A DNA stretch of 64,000 nt from Lytechinus pictus (lineage: Eukaryota): positions 28,894,001 through 28,958,000 of the forward strand of contig NC_087251.1 of assembly GCF_037042905.1 (NCBI RefSeq), given 5' to 3'. Shown here piece by piece: positions 11,401 through 20,400 of the stretch (position 1 is its first letter; the number at the start of each line of letters is the position of its first letter). The translations under genes and the position numbers were made by a program. Under the pieces are notes generated by a model. That model had not been told where the DNA came from, searched no databases, and saw nothing but the letters and a program-made list of their open reading frames with translations.

Positions 11401-14400
11401 ATGTTTCTTTAATTTTTCTAGTCTCACTTGCAGTGCATGCTATCTAGGAAAAAGTTGTCGACCCACGTGAAAGTAAGCCGCTCATGATAATGAGCATCAC
11501 ACAAATTCATAAAGGTTCCAATTTAATAACACTGAAGATAATGGAGTGATATTAAGATATATTTTCTTCTTCCAAATTTAACATGTTTCTACCTTGTCTC
11601 CTGTGGCAGTAAACTTAAAAAATAAACAACATTTGTAAAAAAGACTTAAAATATTGTGAGGCATCACATTCTTTTTATGATATTTGGTGAATGCATCTAT
11701 AATGCATAAATAGTCTGCTGCTGGGATAGCTCTCTAAATGATAAAAACAATAATAATGATGTTCTGTGTTAAAATAGAGCTCAATATATTGGAATGATAA
11801 CTTAAGTGCATAAGAGATATATATTTTTCCCCATACATTTTAAAAATTTTACAAGTAAAAGCTGAAACTGTTGGGCCAACAACTGCGCAATACATGTCGC
11901 CTTCAAAGTAACTTAGTCAATTTGTTATCATTTTAAGTATTTACAGCAACACCAGTTCATAGGTGCACTATCAGCAGCCTTTCACAAACAGTCACTGAGA
12001 GAAAATTTCCTCCATTAATCAAAGTCACACCCGATTCTAATTTTCATTAATAATGCATAGATATACTATTGTTACCAAATAAAACAACAGCAGGAGAGCA
12101 TAATTTGGAAAGAGTTCCATGTGTACCCCCACCAAAGATAAGAAGATTGTTGAGACTTCTGGTTTGTTCACTTCAGATTTCTCTATGGATTTTTTTTGTG
12201 TTGCTTACCTTGCTTGGGACTCGAACTCACCTCATTGTAACTGCAGTCAAGACCGCTTCCCGCTAGTTACGCGGTACACTAGCAAGAAGCGCCGATACCA
12301 GAAGTTTTTTTAAAGCAATTATGTGCCAATAGTTCGACTAGTCTAGACTTACAGAACCTTTGTTGACTAAATAAACCAATGTCTATGGACAATTACACGC
12401 ACTGAAAATTTGACAGAATAAAGACATATTTGGTATGTATTTCCACTCCCCCATCATGTATGTTCTACACATATTAGGGCTAGATATATTATTTTGAACC
12501 TTCTCCATATTTTCATTTTCAATCTTATTGGGGGAGGGGGTACATATGGAACTCTTCCCGAGCATTTCATGAAACACAAAATAGTCGGTGATTTTCACTG
12601 AGAACTATTACAAGCTACTGAAATCCTTGCGTCTGATTGGCCCAGACTAACTTTATAAGTGAAAATCATTGACAAGGTGTTTCCTGAATCACTCCCCAGA
12701 TTCTGAAAAAGTAAAGGATAATGTACTTACTAAGATACTGAAATGCCGAGCGAGCTACAATGGACATCTCAAGATTTGATGTACCACCTAGGTTGTTTAC
12801 TAGAAGGGCAACCTCGTCGCCAGTTTTAAAGTCCAGTCTACAGTTGTTTGTAGAGTCCCTCATGTGATCCAACATGGTAGCTACGACTTCATTTGCACTT
12901 GATATCTATCAGGAACGGAGGTTGACAGGTTTAAGTATATTAGCATCAGCATGATGATGATTTTTTTTTTAATCAAAGAATCCATGCCATCCAAAAGTCG
13001 ATTCCTAATGATGCATATTGCGAAATACAACTCAACTAAATACAACGCGTCAGACCAAAAGACGTTAAAAGATGGGAGTTGCTGCTACCCTGTTTGGCGT
13101 TCAACGATTAAAGGGATAGAGCCTCGTCGATCTGGCGCTGCACAGTGGCTGCCGGGCCCACGATCAATTGGGCAAAGCACATTTTCGGAGTATTTCATTT
13201 CATGTCTATTTCGAACAATAAATTATGGATTTTCGGATTTTTCGGATATGTTACAATTTAAGAATCAAAATATGCTTCACAGATTTTGAAATAATTGTTG
13301 ACAGAATATTTTTCAACTTGCTATGCTCTACTCCTTAAAGAGAGCTCAGATCTCATTACCTCTGTGGAATCATCATTTAATCTGAAAACACATCACTCAC
13401 ATTTTACAGAAGACAATGTTATGCAACTTCCCACAACCAAGCGCATGCTCACAATAGAACCACATACTTTTGTTCAATACCTTTACATTGCCTTTCTTTT
13501 GCTGGTGATGCTGCAGCATGCCTGACATTGCATCTTCCATGTTGAGACTGTTAACAGGTGGTGGTTAGCTCTGGCCACTTAACCCCAGAAGTAATACGTA
13601 ATAATTCAAAATTTTCTGTCACCTCAACGATGAATTGTGAATAATGATGAGAACCAGTTTCATGGACAGAGTGCTGCAGTGACGGGTAATTCAAATTCTA
13701 TTTTGGTAACCTCCCTCCCAACTCGATCTTCTTTCCACCCCCATTTTTGTTACTTAACCAAATACTCACCTGTATTTGTTTGATCCCTGCTTCTCCGTGT
13801 ATACCAAGTCCAAGTCCCAATTCTTGTGGACCGAGAGTAAATGATGGGCCAGCTCCTGGTACACTGCAAGGGTACAAACACACTCCGACAGTCCCTGTAT
13901 TGTCATGGGAAGAGATAAGAAAATGGTTGATTACGATCACCTTCATAAAACTGTCAATATCAGGGGAAGCACCTGCACAATATTCTGATTTGGGGAGGGG
14001 CAAGCAGACCCAAAGAGGGCTTCATTTTTTGCCAATAAAAAAGGAGTAGTGTACAGTTTCAAAACCCTGTGCTCTTTTTCCATAACTCATCTTTCTTCTC
14101 GTCTCTCCCACTGTTTCATTCATTTTGTATTTTGCCTCTTTGATTTACTTCCTTAAAAAAAGAGGTAGGGGCAGTTGCCCCCTCTCCAATCTCTACCTGT
14201 GATATTTCTTCTGTTGTGTTTAATATTCCTGACAATGAACTGATAGTAACAATCAGACATAGGTTACACAAACTTCTGGAACATAAACATAATTGCCCAT
14301 ATTCTGAAGTAATGTTTAAAGTTGTGGTTTAACTATGGATAGGCAATAGTTTGCATAAATCTCTAACAATACAATATAAATGTATCAGCTCATTTTTCAC

Positions 14401-17400
14401 TCAAATCATTCTTAACTGTTTCGGAAAGATAAATACGATAACTTTCTTTACCATTCATGAGTTAGAAAATAGCACAGTAAGCGTAAGGATAATTTTGACA
14501 TGTTTGGCTTTCCATAATTTTAGCACAGATTAGACCATGGTCTAAGTTAAACCTGACTTCAGAATATGAGCCAATAAAGTTTCGACATTTTTCACAACTA
14601 GAACTGCAAGGAAAAAAAACAATGTTAAAATAAAAATAAACTAGCCTGATTAAAAACCACACTTAATTATGTTTCTATTCTTTACAAAGATTAAAATGTA
14701 TTACTTATCTAAAGTCTTACCTAATGAACAGCAGGCAGATTCAAGAGTTTGTTTTATTTGATCCAATGATAAACCATTTTCGGCCATTGCTCCTGCCATC
14801 TTACAATAAAATACAAAGCAAAGAAAATATGATTTAATTGCCCGTCAAAAAGGAATCAACTTGAAGACAATATCAGGCTTGGGAGTGATACTCAAACAAC
14901 CAATGTATTTGATCAGTTTACCAACAATCAGGATCCGAATACTACTTTTTACACTAATCAAATGTAAATCAGATGTTGATTACTGGTTTGAGACATCCGG
15001 TTATCAAAAGTACATACATGTAACTACAATCTTTGATATTGGACAACAAAGTGTAAGATAAAATGTAAAATTTATACTAAAATCTAATGAATTCCAAACA
15101 TTGTAACTTTATCAAGACAAGACGATTATGGCCATTCTGGCGATCATGCATCAGTCATAGGCACTGTACTGGGACACTCAACCGTGTCAGCTCACTCATC
15201 ATGTGTGACCCCTGGTCGGTCGTGTGAAAGGGTCACCTTTTTGTTATTTCTGATAATCCAGGAAACTAGATTATTCAAACTATTCAACTGTTTACCCTGG
15301 TGAACCATCAAATGGTGAAAAGGGTAATCATTCCAAGCCTAGTCAATATTGAAAGTGAAGGTTTTCATCCCACTGCTGTCACCAAATTGTCAGGAGGTGA
15401 AATTAAAAGATAAGAAGTTGTATTAAACATCCTACATTTAGTAAAATTGATATAACACTATAGAACTGAATAGCAGTCATATTTTACTTTATACTTTTCA
15501 TAATCATATGCATGACCCTTTTCATGAACTAAAGATCTGACAATAATAATGTACATCAAAACCAACTTGTGACTGCATGAAATAATAGTATTTCTGGTCT
15601 GATTTCTTTCAAACTTTACTATTCTATTTTTCTTTTCTTTTTTTTCTTAGGATTTCACACATGATTCAACACTCTACTGAATATTATAGAAACATGACCA
15701 ATATCACAACTATGAGGAACTTGTCCATCATACCTTATGAATAAAGACTGTTCCAGCAAGGCCTCTGCGATCATCTAACTCTTGACCAGTGAGAGCACAA
15801 TCATCCTTGACTACTACCATCTCTACTCGTATCCCCTCAGCTTTGGCCCTCTCCAAGGCGATTCCAAAGTTGATGCAGTCTCCGGTATAATTCTTGACAA
15901 TCAATAATGTTCCAGCTTAAAATTGAGGATGTTTGTAAAGTTACACAGAGGTTAAACGTTAAATGCCACATAGGATGCCCAGTTATTCCAGTGCCACCTG
16001 TAGTGTCTTTAGGTTGTCATGAAAGTAATTATCTTGTTACAGTATCTCTGGCAATAAGATAGCCACAGAGTAAAGCTTATGATAAGCTACCAAATAATCT
16101 GTTGCAATTTACTAAGAAAGTACTATTGTTATATACACTACTCAAAAAAAGTTAAGGACCACTTTTTAAAACGTACATAAAGATTTTATACAAGGTGTTT
16201 TATTTCTGGAAATACCTCAGTACAACTGTCCTAAATGTCCTTAAACACGCTGTAATCAATTTCACGCATGGGTGGTTTCAGTTGTTGCACAATGTCTCTC
16301 GCATCACTGCACATCCTGAAAAGTGGGCCCCGAGGGGTATCAGCTACCGACATGAAGTGGTAAAAACGAATGTCTGAGTGTCTTTCAGGCAGTTCAGTAA
16401 CGAGTGTGACCACCTCCTGCAGCAATAACGGCTTCACAGCGCTGTCTCATGGAGCTGATGAGGCGATTGATGTCTCTGACGTCCAGTGCATCCCATGCAG
16501 CCTCCAGAGCCACACCCAGCTGCTGCAGTCCAAGTGGATGGGCTTCGAGCTGGTCGAGACTCCTCCCCATCATGTCCCAGACGTGCTCTATCGGGTTTAA
16601 GTCCGGGGACCTCGCTGGCCACTCCATACGCTCAATCCCCTGGCCCTCAAGGAACTCGGTCACCACCCTAGCTCGGTGGGCACGGGCATTGTCATCCATG
16701 AAAATGATGTTTTGTCCCACATTTTCTGCAAATGGCACCACTATAGGTTCAAGGACCTCATCCCTGTACCTCACTCCTGTCATTGCTCCCCCTGGGACCA
16801 CGTAGAGACGAGTACGGTTGGCGTAGGTGATGCCTCCCCACACCATGACGCTGCCTCCCCCATAACGGTCATGTTCTGCAATACAGGGGTCTGCAAATCT
16901 CTCTCCTGGTCGCCTCCAGACTCTCGAACGTCCATCATTGTGGTCAAGGGAAAATCTGCTCTCATCTGTGAACAGAACTCTACGCCATTGCTGTCTGGTC
17001 CATCTGACATGCTCCCGGGCCCAGTTGAGACGAATTCTTCTGTGAGCAGGGGTGAGTGGGACACACTGAGCTGGCCGTCTGGCATGCATATTGGCTCTGT
17101 GAAGTCGGTTACGGATTGTTTGAGTGGAAACAATCACTCCAGTTGCTGCAGCGAAGTCATTGTTGAGGCGGTGTGCACTGTGAAAGCGGTTGCGGAGGCT
17201 GAGATTCGTCAAGTAGCGATCATCTCTAGGGGTTGTCGAAACTGGTCGGCCACTGCGGGGTCTCTCGGAGTATAGCCCTGTCTCTCGGTGTCTTTGATTT
17301 GCTCTGCTAATGACACTGTGTGACACGCCCATCATTCTGGCTACTCTTCGCTGACTGAGGCCAGCTTCCAGCATCCCTAGGGCTCTGGCTACATCTGTTT

Positions 17401-20400
17401 CACTTAGGTGGTGTCTTGGCATTGCTGTTGTAGGCAAGTTGTTGATTGTACAGACTAAAGACGGAAAATGCTTTGGAAGACACTTGTCTTATGGCCCACT
17501 GCAATGATGCCAGAGACATCATGAAAGAACTGCATGTGTGAAATTGATGTCATTGTGTTTGATGGCATTCTGGACAGCTGTATCTTGGCATTGCTATTGT
17601 CAGCAAGTTGTTGATTGTAGAGACTAAAGACAGAAAATGCTTTGGAAGCCACTTTTGTACGGGCACATTGCAATGATGCAAGAGACATGAAAGAACTGCA
17701 TGTGTGAAATTGATTTCATTGAGATTTGCAGACCCCTGTATTGCAGAACATGACCGTTATGGGGGAGGCAGCGTCATGGTGTGGGGAGGCATCACCTACG
17801 CCAACCGTACTCATCTCTACGTGGTCCCAGGGGGAGCAATGACAGGAGTGAGGTACAGGGATGAGGTCCTTGAACCTATAGTGGTGCCATTTGCAGAAAA
17901 TGTGGGACAAAACATCATTTTCATGGATGACAATGCCCGTGCCCACCGAGCTAGGGTGGTGACCGAGTTCCTTGAGGGCCAGGGGATTGAGCGTATGGAG
18001 TGGCCAGCGAGGTCCCCGGACTTAAACCCGATAGAGCACGTCTGGGACATGATGGGGAGGAGTCTCGACCAGCTCGAAGCCCATCCACTTGGACTGCAGC
18101 AGCTGGGTGTGGCTCTGGAGGCTGCATGGGATGCACTGGACGTCAGAGACATCAATCGCCTCATCAGCTCCATGAGACAGCGCTGTGAAGCCGTTATTGC
18201 TGCAGGAGGTGGTCACACTTTTTACTGAACTGCCTGAAAGACACTCAGACATTCGTTTTTACCACTTCATGTCGGTAGCTGATACCCCTCGGGGCCCACT
18301 TTTCAGGATGTGCAGTGATGCGAGAGACATTGTGCAACAACTGAAACCACCCATGCGTGAAATTGATTACAGCGTGTTTAAGGACATTTAGGACAGTTGT
18401 ACTGAGGTATTTCCAGAAATAAAACACCTTGTATAAAATCTTTATGTACGTTTTAAAAAGTGGTCCTTAACTTTTTTTGAGTAGTGTATATATACATAGA
18501 AACAAATCATTCTATTCCCTGGTATGACTGTAGTTGGTGAACTGATGAATTGGAGAAACAGGCTGAGTGGACACTTGGATGCCAGGCTTTAATAAAGAAA
18601 CAGACACCTAAATTCTCATCACCAAGTCCTAGTCATTCTTCTTACATAAATGAGCGCTTGAATGTGAGTAGAGAACGCTCCACCAGTGCTTGCTATTTGG
18701 TCACATGAGGATATGTACCTAAATTAAAAATATTTATTGACTATCAAATGGAAATTTGTAATTGTAATGTTTACATTTGGGTGTGAAATTCATCAGCATG
18801 CTAAAAGAAAACACATTATTTTAAAGTATAAAGTAATGCAAAAGTAACAATATCAACAAGAAACATGAACATTTAAATGATTATAATGAAAGATAAAACA
18901 AGTTTTTTTTAGCCTTTAATAAATATAATGCATAAATTCTGAGCAGGTATTTGTGAGAAGTATTAGTTTGTGTAATCAATTTAGCTGCCTGTACTGTATG
19001 TATGGTGTTCATTGCGCCACTTGCATTGCATGGATGTTTACAAAGTTATCTGACTGAAATGTGACTGCATCATCTTATTCTAATTAATGTCATTGGCATT
19101 TTAATCAAACCTGATTGTCCATCCAATATCATTTAAATCAATACCATATTTGTTACAATACAGATGGTAACCAACATCTGCATATTTCAAATTAAGTAAA
19201 TAGATTTAACAAGTGGAATGCCTCTGGCCGTCTCACCTGCATCACGCGATTCAATATAGCAGCAGTGCTGATTTTGAAAACTACTATAACTCGCACAAGA
19301 TGTTCAGTGATACTTGGTTACTCGTATTTCCACGTTTTATGAATTAGACCAATACACTTATAGAGATATGATGGCAATTCAACAAATACCCCCAACGTGG
19401 CCAAAGTTCTTTGACCTTACATGACCTTTGACCTTGATCATGTGACCTGAAACTCGCACAGGATGTTCAGTGATACTTGATTACTCTTATGTCCAAGTTT
19501 TATGAACTAGACCAACACACTTTCAAATTTATGGCTGTAATTCAACAAATACCCCAATTTGGCCAAAGTTCATTGACCCTAAATGACCTTTGACCTTGAT
19601 CATGTGACCTGAAACTTGCACAGGATGTTCAGTAATACTTGATTACTATTATGTCCAAGTTTCATGAATCAGATCCATAAACTTTCAAAGTTATGATGGT
19701 AATTCAACAGATACCCCCCAATTCGGCCAAAGTTCATTGACCCTAAATGACCTTTGACCTTGGTCATGTGTCGTGAAACTCATGCAGGATGTTCAGTGAT
19801 ACTTGATTGACCTTATGTATAAGTTTCATGAACTAGGTCCATATATTTTCTAATTTATGATGACATTTCAAAAACTTAACCTTAGGTTAAGATTTTGATG
19901 TTGATTCCCCCAACATGGTCTAAGTTCATTGACCCTAAATGACCTTTGACCTTGGTCATGTGACATGAAACTCAAGCAGGATGTTCAGTAATACTTGATT
20001 AACCTTATGGCCAAGTTTCATGAACTAGGTCCATATACTTTCTAAGTTATGCTGTCATTTCAAAAACTTAACCTCAGGTTAAGATTTGGTGTTGACGCCG
20101 CCGCCGCCGTCGGAAAAGCGGCGCCTATAGTCTCACTCTGCTATGCAGGTGAGACAAAAATTAAACGAGACTCAAATTTGTCATTTAATAATGAAATATT
20201 ATTTAACTTTACAAATAGCTTTACAAACAAACTTTACAAAGGGCCTTAAGCAACACCTCAAATAAAACCATCATGCTATAAAGCAGAGCAAAATCCAGGA
20301 AATGAATTTTTGAGGCAGGCCTCTGGGTCAAGACTGGCCTAATAATTCTCAGGTATTACTTCTGGGACCTGTTTCATCAAACTTATTACAGAAACAAACT

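Larger units (their letters stand above)
16136..18486 (-). mobile_element. Rearranged Tc1-family DNA transposon with 766-bp terminal inverted arms, TA TSD
   Basis: TA|CACTACTCAAAAAAAGTTAAGGACC at 16136 and its exact reverse complement ending at 18486|TA. The arms are 16136-16901 and 17721-18486. Confidence 0.95.

Noticed and set aside
15860..15890. [10 protein letters not shown] instead of human KNYTGDRLNF as a sign of TKFC inactivation
   Set aside because: The residues after the conserved Asp vary among DhaK proteins, and the reading frame and key motifs are intact.
16195..18427. Numerous overlapping ORFs on both strands of the Tc1 element
   Set aside because: Shadow frames of the GC-rich transposase and its inverted duplicate.
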